A stretch of 64,000 nucleotides of DNA from Octopus sinensis. Taxonomy: Eukaryota. A program made the translations under genes and the position numbers. The notes beneath the pieces are model-generated. The model did no database searches. It saw only the letters and a list, made by a program, of their open reading frames with translations, and was not told the DNA's origin. Shown one piece after another: positions 13,345 through 27,199 of the stretch (positions are counted from its first letter, which is position 1; each line of letters opens with the position of its first letter). The DNA is taken from assembly GCF_006345805.1 (NCBI RefSeq), contig NC_043011.1:64492464-64556463 (forward strand), read 5' to 3'.

Positions 13345-16300
13345 GGGGGGGCACACACCACATTCCCCAAAACGGAGGTACCCAGATATAATGCGTGCTA
13401 CAAAACACCAGCATATTATTGAAAGGTCAGCTGCTGAACAAGAATCTTTCTTGCGCATGGCATAAAAGATTGAACAGCAGCTAACCTGGCTCAATCAAAC
13501 TCAAACTCGCAGATGGGACTATCCACAATTCACAAGACCGCCACAGCAAAGAGACCCAAGTTGGACACCACGTGCAAAAGCACATACATCACCTCGATGC
13601 TCCTACTGAACATCAGAGGACTGCTAACACACAGTAACAGGACAAAAATCCCGTTCTTGAGACACCTTGTTGCATTCAATCAAGCCTTATGCATAGCACT
13701 TACGGAAACTCACCTGAAACCGGACATAGCCGATGCAGAAATACACATACCACGGTATGTTGTACTACAGACATACAGAAAAGAAAGGAGTCATGGAGGA
13801 GTTGCTATGTACATCCGTGAGGACCTCACACCTTAGGTCCTTTTGTCATACTCAAATTCGGTGTATGACACACTAATTGTACATATAAGGCAAATAGGTG
13901 TAATTATATGTGCTACATGTTGCCACCTAGATGCCCAAAGCCATGTAGGCAAGTTTGAAGACTGCCTTACAAAATAGAAGAAGTAAGAAGTTCTAGTCAC
14001 ATTAGAACAACACATATGTTTACTTCTTATGGGAGACATCAATCTGCCCAATGTCAGATGGCCCGAGAGTCTTTCTCTCACACGATGTGTATGAGGACAG
14101 GCGAGGTCCCTCCTGAACCTCATCAACACTTTCTACATGGAGCAAGTAATACTCCAACAAACCAGGGCAGGTAACATACTGGATCTCTGCTTCACATATA
14201 ATATGGATCTCATCCATAATGTGAAAATGACACCGACACTACTCTCGGATCACAGAATGGTAGAGCTGACCATGTACGGGCCAAAGGAAAGCATGGACAT
14301 GCAGCCTACAAGAAAATCTCAGAATCTTTCCATCTTGAACTTTCATAAGGCAAACTGGAAACAAATTGCGAAAGAGATCCTCAAAACAAACTGGTCTGAA
14401 TGTCTATCCTCGCTGGACATCGACGTGATGTGTGTAATGCAAGCCATATGCTACAAATTTGTCCCAGGGAGAAAGGCCACTGTACACAAGAGAAAAATCC
14501 CCAGAGAAAGGAAAATTCTAATGAGACGGCGTACAAAATTTCAAATCGCCTAAACAAACAAATTGAAAGCAGTGAAAAGTCCCACCTGAATATAAAATTG
14601 TTGGAAACTGAAAAATGTCTGCAACTCTCCCATGCAAAAGAAAGAGCAGACAAAGAAACCTGGGCTTTAGGCAACATAAATTCTAACCTCAGAGCTTTCT
14701 ACAGGTATGCCAAAGAAACAGCTACGGTGCCCTAAAGGATAGGGCCACTCCTTGAAAATGATGGCACGCTCACAGGAAACCCAATGAGGATAAGTGAAAT
14801 ACTAAATGAGCAATTCACAAGTATTTTCACTCCAGCCCTAGGGCATATTCATGTCAGCAATCCAACAGACTTCTTTACCACTGCAGATATAAAATCATGG
14901 GCTGCGATGATTGATTGCATCAATATAAATGAAGACGATGTAATAAAGGCTATAGATTAATTGAAAACAAACTCAACTACTGGCCCCGATGGATTCCCAG
15001 CAATCCTTCTAAAAGTATGTAAGAGAGTCCTAGCAAGACCACTGCAGTTCCTCTTTCAGAGCTTCCTTGCAACTGGCAAACTTCCAAGAAAATTGAAGGT
15101 AAAATATGCCCTATTCATAAAGGAGTTAGCTGAGCGGAGGCCAAGAACTACAGCCCTGTCTCTCTGACATCACACATCAGCAAAATCATGGAACGAATAG
15201 TCAGAAGAAAACTATTCACATTCCCTAAAAAAAATGACTAGCTTCCTGACACCCAACATGGTTTCCGACCAGGAAGAAGCTGCCTAACTCAGTTCCTACA
15301 ACACTATGACTGGGTGCTGAAACGACTGCTCAACAACTTAAATGTGGAAGTGATATATCCCGACTTTGCAAAGGTCTTTTATAATGTCGATCGTGGAATG
15401 ATATGTCACAAACTGCGTGATCTTGGCATCGTAGGAAAATTGGGAGAATGCCTTCATGACTTTCTGAAGGATAGAATCCAGGATATAGTAGCCAATGGGG
15501 TCACTTCCATTAACACGCAAATAATGAGCGGTGGTCCGCATGGCACTGTTTTCGGACCACTGCTTTTCATAATGGCCCTCTCTAACGTGCACTCAGCCAC
15601 GCAGAATACCACGATCACAATTTATGCAGATGATACAAAAGTTTGAAAGGCAATACTGAACCCCGAAGACACTAAGCACCAGCAATGATACCTGGACAAA
15701 ATATACAAAGGGGCTGAAACGAATAGCATGCAGTTCAATGTGAAAAGTTTCAAGCTTTATACTATCAGTATGCAAAACTAAATGCAATACCCAATAAATT
15801 CACTGGATCTGGTGGGATTACAATCCCAGAGGCACAATCAGTGCGAGACCTCGGTAATTACGTGAGCAACCTTTCATGTGCATGTTGCTAATTTGCCAAT
15901 GAAATGTAGGCGGCTGACCGGATGGATTCTTAGAATCTTTAGAACAAGAGTCCAGGAAACCATGATGGTCCTGGGGAGGACACTTGTCCTAAGCCGCTTT
16001 GACTATTGCTCTCAGCTATGGTCACCATCCAGTGTCAAGTAATTCACAGAACTTGAGGCGATACAATGAAGCTACACGAAGAAGATAGCCTCTGTGCAGC
16101 ATATAAGCTACTTGGAAAAACTCAAGAGATTAAGACTCTATTCCTAAAAGCGTAAGCGAGAAAGATATGCCATAATATACATATGGAAGATCCTAGAAGG
16201 ACTTGTCCCAAACATTGGCATCGAGAGTTACACAAATGCTAGAAATGGGTGCCACTGCTTAGTGCCAAGGACTAATTTGCTATCAAGATGTAGGACAAGA

Positions 16301-16600
16301 TAATGTGATAGCCTGGGATTCAAAGGCCCACAGCTCTTCAATATCCTCCCGAAAAACCTGAGAGAACTGCATGGGGTGGATGCAGATGTCTTTAAAATGA
16401 AAGTGGATCTCTTCCTGACAGGTGTCCTAGATGAACCAACTTCACGACAGGAGGTGCTGATGAGGGCAGCTGCATTGAACTCTCGCATGCACCAAATGGC
16501 AATTGATAAAAAGCATTCGTGAAGTAAAATCATGTAGCAACACCAAATGGCGCTGCACCAGCATGGCCACAGCTCCTGAGCTGAAACTAGATGAAGTAAT
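13345..16600 (+). mobile_element. CR1-like LINE (ORF1 tail, APE endonuclease, RT), disrupted, in intron 1 of gene copy 1
   Basis: LLNIRGL, LTETHL, GGVAMYI, MGDINLP, GNILDL (APE); PGPDG-like, YPDFAKVF, GGPHGTVFGPLLF, YADDTKV (RT); 3' YS*KRKRERYAIIYIWKILEGLVPN. Confidence 0.88.
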
Positions 16601-16624
16601 AAATAAAAAGTCAATATATATGTA

Positions 16625-16683
<59 letters not shown>

Positions 16684-16724
16684 TACATATATATGTATAT
16701 ATATATGTGTGTGCATGTGTATAA

Positions 16725-16766
<42 letters not shown>

Positions 16767-16804
16767 TGTGTGTATAAGGTTATATATTATATATATATTC
16801 ATAA

Positions 16805-16965
16805 ATTAAAACAGATTAGGAGATCGAAAATCCACCTGACGAATGTCATTGAAGACATGGAACGATTGTAGAGGCGGTTTATTTCTTTATATTAAAAAAT
16901 GTTATGTATTGATTGAGTCTTTCTTTGTTTGTTTTGCAAAATAGTGGTTCTGTCTCGAATTAATA
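16805..16965 (+). mobile_element. Short TA-associated repeat carrying a mutated type I hammerhead; absent from duplicate copy 2
   Basis: CCAC-CTGACGA-ATGTC-ATTGAA-GACAT-GGAA-CGATTGTA-GAGG at 16832-16874. Homologous to 20120-20270 in inverted orientation. Confidence 0.65.
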
Positions 16966-16979
16966 TTATATATATATAT

Positions 16980-17013
<34 letters not shown>

Positions 17014-17271
17014 GTAACAAGGAGGATATTTAAACGTCATTAATATATTAATACAAGTTTCAGTGGTTCAATATATCATATATTCTAGAGTTAAATCATA
17101 AATGAATATATGACAAGAAATATCGAAAACAGTTAAGCAGTATTATCTACTCAAACAAAATATTCTAATTTATAATAATCGATATCTAATTAATGAACAT
17201 GCTGATTAATTGATAATTTAATTCCTTACAATTGGATATCTCTGTTTTGTATCTCGGTCATATTACTGATT

Positions 17272-17305
<34 letters not shown>

Positions 17306-17320
17306 TAATAATAATAATAG

Positions 17321-17412
<92 letters not shown>

Positions 17413-17419
17413 TTACTCC

Positions 17420-19795
17420 AAACAGAACTTTACAATGATGTTTTGCAACACCCTAGTAGGATGCCCCCTTGGCTAGTTAATGGGTTAACATTCCTTCTTC
17501 CAAAAAGTGAAGAAAGAAATGAAACTAAAATCTATATACCCATAACCAACTTATCAACAATATATAAAACGATAACATCTGTCCTGACGGAATATACCTC
17601 TAGTTTTTTAATAGACAACAGCATATTCCCTAATGAACAGAACGGAAGCAAACGTGGATCCTATGGTTGTAAAAATCAACTACTCATCAATAATATTAAC
17701 TTAGAAGATTGTCACAAACGACATAAAAACTTATCAATAGCCTGGATAGACTATGAAAAGGCTTATGATAGCCTACCACATAGCTGGATAAAGAAAAGCC
17801 TGGAAATGTTTAAAATAGCGCCCACGCTGCGAAACATCTTGTCTGTAAGTATGAGATCATGGAGAACCGCATTAAGTTTGAACAGTGGCAAAGAATTTCT
17901 AAATGCTGGTGAAGTAAAAATTTCATGAGGCATTTTCCATGGTGACTCACTGTCAACACTCCTCATTTGTTTAGCATTAATACCTCTCCCAAAATTGCTC
18001 AATGACGCGCAGTACGGATATAAAATGTTTGATAAAAATATAAATCATCTCATTCACATGGATGATTTAAATCTCTTTGCAAAAATTGACCAACAACTGA
18101 AGGGCTTACTAACGATTGTTAACCAATTCAGCGATGACATCGGAATGCAATTTGGCCTCGATTATTGTTCAAAAGCTACTTTTACAACAGGGAAAATGAC
18201 AGAAAACTCTAACGTAAAACTTGACCAGCAGAATGTCATACAAGAATTAGACCCAGCGGAGAGCTACAAGTACCTGGGGGTAATTGAAGTTGACGGGTTA
18301 AGGCATATAGTGATGAAGGAATGGATCAGTAGAGAATGTTATTACAGCGTTAGAGCAATACTCAAGACAGAGCTGAATGCGAGAAACAGGATCGAAGCGA
18401 TCAATGCATTAGCCATACCAGTCGTGACTGACAGTTTCAATATCGTTAACTGGTCAATTACTGAAATATGTCAACTCGACAGAAAAATACGAAAACTATT
18501 GACAATGCATAGAATGTACCATCCTAAGGCAGATGCAGAACGATTTTAACTGCAAAGAAAAGAGGGAGGCCGTGGACTTTTACAACTGGATATAACAATG
18601 AAGATTGCTTTAATTGGCCGAGTCACCTACCTGAAAAACTGTTAGGAAAGGATTTTAAAACTTGTTTCAAAACATGAAAACAAGAACGCATCACACACTG
18701 TTACAAAAGGGGCAGGGGTATATCTAAGTGTATTCCGAATACGACAAACTTCAGAATTAGACATACAAGAAACAAGCACAGAAAAAGCAAAGCGCATGAA
18801 AACCCGTGCTAAAACTGCGGCCTTAGATATTCTGAATGATATATGGCAAGAAAACCCTCTCTATGGCAAATACTCAAAGAGAGCCTATATGCAGATATTG
18901 ACAAATCCCTGACCCACCAATGACTAATGGCCTCTAACTTAAAATCTGAAACATAAGGGTTATTATAGCAGCTAAAGATCAATGTCTACCAACAAGAAAC
19001 TACCAGGCCAACATATTAAAGAACGGCAGTAGCGCAACATGTCGTATGTGTCAACAACGAAATGAAACCATTGATCATGTGGTCTTCAAATGCAGTTCTA
19101 GCGCCTACAGAGTACCTCAATAGGCATGATAGAGCTGCACAATATAGTCACTGGGTAATTTGCAAGAAACTGGATTTGCCCCATGAAAAGAACTGGTAGG
19201 AACACAAACCATCCCAGCGCTTGAAAATGACCACATCTCATTCTTCTGAATCTTCAACATTCAAACTGACAGAAAGATAGATTCAAATAGGCCAGACATC
19301 ATATTGAAAGATTTCAGACAAAGTACAAGCCTCCTCATTGATATTACTGTCCCAATCGATATAACCGTATTTGTCAAGACCTACCAAAAACTGAGGAAAT
19401 ATAAAAATCTTGAAATAGAAATCAGCAATATGTGGTACCTGAAGACGAGAACAACACTTGTTGTCATAAGTGCCCTGAGAATGATAGCAAAAGGGGCTGA
19501 TAGCTACCTAACGCAGATACCAGGAAACCCACAAATGGCAGTAATTCAAAAGATAGTACTCATGGGAACTGCTCATATCCTACGCAAAATACTTTCTATG
19601 TAATCTCAATGTTTAAGACAAACATAATTCTCGTTTTTTTTTACATTCTCTAGCAAAACACCAAAAAACAAACAAAAACAAATATATGCCACACTAGGCA
19701 TAACAACAATATGAACATCCAACCTGTTGTGTCTTGAGTTCTCTGGGTGAGACTTGGAGCCAACTTGTACAAATATAAAGCAAAAGTCAAACGTA
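17420..19795 (+). mobile_element. R4/Dong-like element, family A, with RT and REL remnants
   Basis: IAWIDYEKAYDSLPH, GIFHGDSLS, HLIHMDDLNLFA, YKYLG, MYHPKAD, RHDRAA, RPD. Flanked by (AAT)n. Confidence 0.9.
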
Positions 19796-19981
19796 GAATG
19801 ATAAAAAATAATAATAATAATAACGATAATATTAATAAAATAATAATAATAATAATATTAATAAAAAATAATAATTATAATAATAATAATGATAATAATA
19901 ATATAAATGATAATAATAATGATAATAATAATAATAATGATAATAATAATGATGATAATCATAAGGATAATATAGTAATAA

Positions 19982-20017
<36 letters not shown>

Positions 20018-20034
20018 TTTATATATATATATAG

Positions 20035-20123
<89 letters not shown>

Positions 20124-20207
20124 ATTCGAGACAAAACCACTATTTTAAAACCAAAGAAGGAAAGACTTAATCAATACATAAAATGTTAATATAAATTAAA
20201 TAAACCG

Positions 20208-20250
20208 CCACTACAAATGTTTCATGTCTGCTCCGACAATCTTCAGGTGG
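20208..20250 (-). ncRNA. Minimal type I hammerhead ribozyme motif (Penelope-type)
   Basis: Minus strand reads CCAC-CUGAAGA-UUGUC-GGAGCA-GACAU-GAAA-CA-UU-UG-UA-GUGG. Core intact, GUA triplet, stem I 4 bp, U.U mismatch at 10.1/11.1. Confidence 0.65.
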
Positions 20251-20479
20251 ATTTTCGATCTAAGAATAGCAATATTTTAAAATATAATTTAAAATAATTT
20301 AAAATAATAAAACAATAAAATTATCAATGAAATAATGTAAAAAAATATAAATATAATCTATATATAATCTATATATAATCTATATATAATCAATATATAA
20401 TCTAAAATAATCTAAAATAAACCCTATAAACAATTGAATATAAAAACCTATTATAAAATTTCTCATATTTGAAAATGTA

Positions 20480-21295
20480 CAAAAACCAAAAAACAAATAT
20501 ATATACAAATATAAGAGAGTGTCTACTATGTTTTCACTCTTGCGATAAAAATAGGTCTCAACCACCAAGAATTGTTCCAATTGAGATTTAGCACAACTAT
20601 GAACGTTAACGAGCAGGACAAAATGAAAAAAAACAAAATGTAGATTCATTCTAGACATTTCTCTTGCTGTTAATGGATTATGCAATGTTATTACATAATA
20701 GTACTGCATCTCTTCAGTAGAATTTGTCGTGAATACAATTTACTGAACCGTACACCAGATTTTGACATAAAGCCAAACACTCACGTGTTTCAGTCTATTA
20801 TATTCGCAGTTATGATTCGAATGCCCTCGTTATAGAGCGCAAAAAATTCCCGAAAACAAATACTGCATAAATAATTTACTTCAGTATAATTAAAATGAAA
20901 AATAAGAGTGAAAAAATTGTATATTAATTTAATAATAACATCAATTTAACACCAGGTGGTTTAGCGCATAAAAACCGGGGATAATTAAAAATTAATAGAC
21001 AAATATAAGAGAGTGTCCACCATGTGGTCGCTTTGCGCTAAAGTTAGATCCGCAATGGTCTCAACCATCAAGATTTGTTCCCAAGGAGAATTAGCAAATC
21101 TATGATCGTAAACGATCAGGACCAATGAAAAATATCAAAAATGTAGATTCATTCTAGACATTTGTTTCGATGTTAATGGAATATGCAATTTTACTTACAT
21201 AATAAAACTGCAGGTCTTCAGTAGAATTTGTCGAAGTGGCTTAGCGAATAAAATCCTGGGATACAGTAAAAATTAATACACAAATATAAGAATAT
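20480..21295. repeat. Diverged local direct repeat, unit about 250-280 bp
   Basis: aaatataagagagtgtc...tagattcattctagacattt...cttcagtagaatttgtcg at about 20500-20730 and 21000-21235, with a partial third start at 21235. One unit is also at 63570. Confidence 0.75.
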
Positions 21296-21365
21296 ATTTC
21301 TTTACTTTTCTAAAGGTGTACCACTTACTAGCGTTTTTGTATTTTGATTTTTGTTTTTTTTAGAG

Positions 21366-21406
<41 letters not shown>

Positions 21407-21419
21407 TTATAACCATTAT

Positions 21420-21625
21420 TTACATCATTTATACTTGACGGATATTTGTCCTCATCTTCTTTGTTGTTGACACAACCAGGTATCTCGACAAAATGTCGAA
21501 TGTTGTTTCTCGTTCCTAAGATATTTTACGATAATATTATTGTTACTATTTATGTTAGTGCCTGGAATCGAACTCGGAATATTGCGGTTAAAAGCGCGGG
21601 CAACTAAACCCAAGATTCTAAGGTT
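21420..21625 (-). mobile_element. Probable SINE fragment
   Basis: Minus strand has a B-box-like GAGTTCGATTCC at about 21564-21575. Lies between (TA)n and (AAT)n. Confidence 0.35.
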
Positions 21626-21657
21626 GATTCCAGAGAGTGAGCATAATAATGAAGATG

Positions 21658-21727
<70 letters not shown>

Positions 21728-21729
21728 TA

Positions 21730-21785
<56 letters not shown>

Positions 21786-21863
21786 ATTAATATTAATAAT
21801 AATAATAATAAAAAAAATATTAATAATAATAATAATAATAATAATAATCATAATGATAATAAA

Positions 21864-21894
<31 letters not shown>

Positions 21895-21971
21895 GCAATA
21901 ATAATAGCAACAACAACCACAACAATAACTACATCGTAAACTACCTTATGAATTAAGTTCGACATTGCCCC

Positions 21972-22018
21972 AACAAACCTAATGAAGCCTGGAGTGTATA
22001 TCAGCCGATCGTTGTGTT
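21972..22018 (+). other. Degenerate hammerhead-like motif about 145 nt upstream of exon 2
   Basis: AAC-CTAATGA-A-GCCTG-GAGTGTATAT-CAGCC-GATC-GTT-GTGTT. Both core strands deviate from CUGANGA and GAAA. Confidence 0.35.
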
Positions 22019-22164
22019 AGTAACACACAAAATGAAGACAAATATCTATCAAATATATTAATAATGAAGATTAAAGAAGTGATACTGATATAAGTGAATA
22101 ATGAATGACAAAAATGTTCTTCGATTTCAAGGTTATGTCGCAGCACATTTCTGCTATGTTACAG

Positions 22165-22231
22165 CGATAACAACATGTCGTGATTCTATGAAACAATATC
22201 CATTAAGTAACCCGGATCCACACTATTGCGA
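22165..22231 (+). CDS. Coding exon 2 of the putative secreted Cys-rich protein
   Basis: catttctgctatgttacag|CG ATA ACA...TAT TGC GA|gtaact. 67 nt, phase 1 to phase 2, encodes (A)ITTCRDSMKQYPLSNPDPHYC(D) and completes the signal peptide. Lies in non-repetitive sequence. Confidence 0.72.
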
Positions 22232-22379
22232 GTAACTATGCTTGTTTTCAACGATTATTTCTAATATTTTTCTACATTAATTCATAATTAATAATACTTG
22301 AAATTTTCCTGTAGGTTGTGATATTATGTCTTGCTCTTCATATTAATTAGACGTAAAATATCTGTGTGTGCGTTTGTGC

Positions 22380-22424
<45 letters not shown>

Positions 22425-22602
22425 AACTCTTTAAATACTGAGTCATTTAATAAATATACCTGTTTTGTATCTATAGATTTTTATATATGAATCTAAAACA
22501 AAATTGACTAAATATCAAATAATATAATACCTAATTAACTAAAATTTAGAATTACAAATGCATAGTCCACCTATATATCAATATATTATGTAGTATATTA
22601 TA

Positions 22603-22661
<59 letters not shown>

Positions 22662-22899
22662 ATGATATCGAGAATATGTTAATGGAAAGTAAGAGAACCT
22701 ATGAAACACAAATTAAAGGAAGGTGCTAAAATATTAGAACCAAAGGACAATACACTATGAATATGTATAATCACAATAACCAGTCCTCTACCAAACCATT
22801 CATTAACAATAACAATAGTAAAAACTATCAAAGTCGAAATAATAGCAAGAACTAACTAATATTCATAATCGAACTAAATTACTAAGTTCAACTATTCTG

Positions 22900-24000
22900 T
22901 TCATCTATCGAGATTTTAAAATGATAAACTTCTAATTGATGAACTCAATCGATTCCATTCATGAAAAATACAATCAAAAATTTGAAATATTAAAAATAAA
23001 CTCAAATCCATTATATAAACTCGTTATATTAATATCTATGTACGATATCTATAGGTTTAATATATCACACGATAAAAAAGTTAAACATATATGTTATATT
23101 AAAATAAAAACTAGTTTATTTTAAAATAATACTATTTAATGAAAGTATTATCTAATTATTATAAGACACATAGTCTAACAACATTAATTCTCAAATTAAA
23201 TAATATGTAAAACGTAACATCTTTTATAACAATTAAACATCGGACGTAAAAAATACTATAAAAAAACTACAAATAAATAGAAATATTACATCAAACAATA
23301 ATAATATCAACAAAAATAATAATTTCAAACACACAACGTTTCAATATTCAAATGAAATAGGGAAACTATAAAAATCAGACTTAGCGTTAGCGGGGAATGA
23401 AGAGTAACTGATTTTTAAAAGAAATAAATAGTTAACGCGTTTATAAATAATCGCTTGGATACATTGTGCAAAGAAGTTGAATAAATCCACAATGAACGTG
23501 GCCAAACTTTTAACAATGAAAAATACGTAAAAATCGTTTATAAAGTTTTTCGCGTGAAATAAAATAAATATTCAATGAACATGGCGAAATTATTTTCAAT
23601 GAAAAATACAAAAACACGAAAAAACTTAGTCTCATGTTCGAAACAATTTGAGAAAATCACAACTTATGGAGAAACTAATATAAACACACCCAAATAAATA
23701 TAACAAACACCTATTATTATATCAATAATAAAATTAATACCAGTTAAACATTGACACCCGCCTAAAAGAACACAAATTCAAACGAAAAAGAAATAACATT
23801 ACTAAGTTAATTTCAGAAAATCACTAGATTATAAACGTAAAGAATAATACTTAGCGTCTATAAGAACTCGTGGAGACGTTGCAAGGAAAAATAGAACATA
23901 ACTATTAATGAAAAAGACTAAAAGAAAATTATTAATGGAATACGGGAATTATCTAAACTTCATGAATCAAATAAAATTAATAAAAGTACTAATAGTAAAA
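22900..24000 (+). mobile_element. Highly decayed Penelope-like element (RT thumb and GIY-YIG remnants)
   Basis: QLNIDTRLKEHKFKRKRNNI at about 23741-23800 resembles the GIY-YIG ..RLKEH motif. YYKTHS.. upstream resembles the YRKPTH motif. Confidence 0.4.
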
Positions 24001-24612
24001 TAGTACATTAAGAATTACTTGTTCATCATCATTACCCGGATCCTATAACAAGCCATACGCGATTATAAATATTATTATCTTTAAAATTATATTAATTAAC
24101 ATAATAATTAACGTTATTTATATCATTATAACTTATTACCATCACTAACAAAATCCAAACTACAACAAACTGCCAACTAACGTCAAATTATTTCACAGCC
24201 GACTATCTCCTACCATTCAACCCTTCCTAAAGACTGCAACAGATGAAGCCCAAAGCTCATATGTATATATATATATTATATTTATGAAATATTCTATTAT
24301 ATATTGATATTTTGGTGAATTATGTTTTTGTAATACTAATTTTAAGTTAATTATGTATAACATTATTTGATAGTTAGTCAATTTTGTTAAAGATTGTTAT
24401 ATAAAGTCTATAGATACCACACATATATATTTCTTATAAGGTTAGTTTTTTTAACGAGTTTGTCTATTTCTTATTTTGATTACAATTTAAGGATTTATAA
24501 TCGCTTTGTGTATTTTATTTAATTTTGAATTATTTAATTATTGAAGTATTATTATAATTTTTGCTTCTGCATATTTAGGATTTTCATACATATAAATATA
24601 TACATACATACA

Positions 24613-24744
<132 letters not shown>

Positions 24745-24934
24745 AGTAGTTGAATGAATTATCCTAGAATTGATAATTCAATTAACCGATACCTGGGTAG
24801 CAAATTCACGTCAGAAAACACGGTTGAAGCTACATGCCAAGGGTAGAAACTCCGTGTTCTTGTGTGGTATTTTGTGTAATATTTAAAATGAATAAAAGAA
24901 TGGAGTCGAACGAGGATTTTAACACAATTCCTTT

Positions 24935-25018
24935 AATTTCAACACATGTTTCGAAGACTGCATATTCCTAATTCTGAAGGAATAAGGTGCATTATGCCGT
25001 CTCCTCATCAGGAAAGTT
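24935..25018 (-). ncRNA. Type I hammerhead ribozyme motif with long stem II, 3' of a Penelope-like GIY-YIG
   Basis: Minus strand reads CUUUC-CUGAUGA-GGAGAC-[40 nt hairpin]-GUCUUC-GAAA-CA-UG-UG-UU-GAAA. Core intact, G10.1-C11.1 pair present, GUU triplet. Confidence 0.7.
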
Positions 25019-25099
25019 AAGGAAAATCAATCAGCCTCAAGACGGAGAAAAACGTTTCTATGACTTGCTACATATTGATCATATTGATAATAAGTGAAT

Positions 25100-25945
25100 T
25101 TAAAAATCCGTTAAAACAATGACGTCAAAATTATTTGTAAGATGAATTTATGAAAATAAGAAGGGGACAGTATGCATGCTGCATGAATATGGATGCGGGG
25201 GTGTTTGCTCTGGTTAATAAGTTTTATTGCTTATGTGAGTGTGTGAGTGTGTGTATATAAATGCATTTACGTCTATGTTTGTATATGTGGGTAATCATGT
25301 ATAGGTTGGGGCCGGTTGTCAGATAAATATAGCAGTAAAGCGAGAAATTTGTGTCTGTGTGTTTGATTGAGCGTATGACAGAGACAATAAATAGAAAGAG
25401 AGAGGGAAAGGTAGAGAGGAAGGGATGAACATACGCCAGTGACATATAGTATCATTGTTTTATGTAACGGATTAGACATAAAAGGGACGTGAAATTAAAT
25501 AATAAAACAGAGAAATTATCAATATTAATTATCATTTATATGAATGAAAAGTGTGTTTTTGCCAGTGCATACACTTATAGGATTTTTCAGTTAACGTGTT
25601 AACTAAATGGTAGAGCTCGGAAAAACAAATTCCGCAAAATTTCCTGCCCTTATCAAAAGGAAAGCATACAGACAATATGGACCAATCCAGCTTAAATGTT
25701 ATATTATTGTCCTTAAGACGCCAAACTAATTTACTTAGTCCTGTGCTCTGTTGTTTTCTCCTATCTCGGAACGTTGAATAATTATTGGAAATTATCTCTG
25801 ACAATTTGGAAGTTGTTGTCCCAATATAAAAGAAGACATCGGTACCGGTAGAAATTCTACATTGGTAAATTGTATTTTCAATTTTGGAGTTACTGGACAA
25901 GAACCTTAATCTGTTAGGGTTTCCTTAGGAGATTGAGACTGAATT
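25100..25945 (-). mobile_element. Penelope-like element GIY-YIG endonuclease and 3' region
   Basis: ORF 25532-25900: TIYQCRI..FFYIGTT..STGLSKLVWRLKDNN..LDWSIL..CGICFSE, the C-terminal pattern of PLE GIY-YIG domains. Confidence 0.8.
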
Positions 25946-25994
25946 ATTATTGATATGATTGATGTCTATATTACTGTTAGTCTTAACCCGTACA

Positions 25995-26140
<146 letters not shown>

Positions 26141-26224
26141 AATTGCATTACAACCGGCAATATTCCTGGCAATAGAAATGTTGTTGTTGATAGATTTTAC
26201 AGATTTAGGGTAATATCTAAGAAG

Positions 26225-26812
26225 TTGGCTTTAGTCAATTCATCATGAAAAACTATATTCAAGCAAAATAATTCGTACTTCCCTTACCATAAACCTTCTA
26301 CTAATCTTAAATATATCAGCATTTTCAGTAATCATGCCAAAACAATTACCGATAATTTAGTTTTAAATATTTCTTTAAGAATTTCAAAATTATCTGCTAA
26401 TGTTGACATTTTTAACGAAAAGGCTGAAATTTATAACGCCGCCTTGTCAAAAGCCGGGTATAGAAATGAACTGTCATACATCGATCCAGCCCATTCTAAC
26501 CCAATATATATTTCCCAGAATAAGAAAACTAAAAAAAAATGAATAGTGATAATAGTGGATTTGGTTCTAACCACGTCGGAATCTCTGTACATAAGATTAA
26601 TAACTTACGGACCTGGGGTTACAATCAACACCCAACCCCAAATTCACACCATAGAAAATTTCCCTTTACTGTGAAAAGTAACACGGTGAGCAATTGTAAA
26701 TCTACAAAAAACTATATCTGGTTTGTTATACCTTTCGGAAAACAAATTAACTCGAACCTTCCCATAGAGTTCCGTGAAGCAGTGGCTAGGAACTTTCCCA
26801 GGAATAACAATA
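26225..26812 (+). mobile_element. Penelope-like element RT thumb/linker, inverted relative to the GIY-YIG part
   Basis: FPYHKPSTNLKYISIFSNHAK..ISLRISKLSANVDIFNEKAEIYNAALSKAGY and IWFVIPFGKQINSNL..ARNFP. Confidence 0.78.
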
Positions 26813-26938
26813 ATAATAATAAGAAGAATTATAAAAAAAAACAAAAATAAAAACAATAATATTTATAATAATAACAATAATAATAATAATAATAATAATA
26901 ACAGAAATAATAATGATAATAATAATAATAATAATAAT

Positions 26939-27006
<68 letters not shown>

Positions 27007-27025
27007 AAATATTAATAATAGTAAT

Positions 27026-27059
<34 letters not shown>

Positions 27060-27199
27060 TTGTAGATGTTCCAGTCTTTGAGAGTTATTTTTCCCCGTTG
27101 CTAAACTGGGTCATATTAGTGTTTCTACGGCTTTCGGCTACTGAATTGTCAGAGCAGTGAAGAATACGTCCAGCCGCTGTCAAGGCTGGCGCTCCTCTC

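Larger units (their letters stand above)
625..20955. repeat. Segmental duplication, copy 1 (matches about 41230-64000)
   Basis: Collinear matching of unique sequence and TE relics, e.g. 4534/47102, 6763/49318, 8044/50630, 10370/52140, 12205/53973, 13513/55269, 15314/57050, 20940/63985. Confidence 0.92.

Noticed and set aside
13345-16600. CR1-like LINEs as intact active elements (also 55095-58345)
   Set aside because: Multiple stops and frameshifts, several shared between the two copies, so the element was dead before the duplication.
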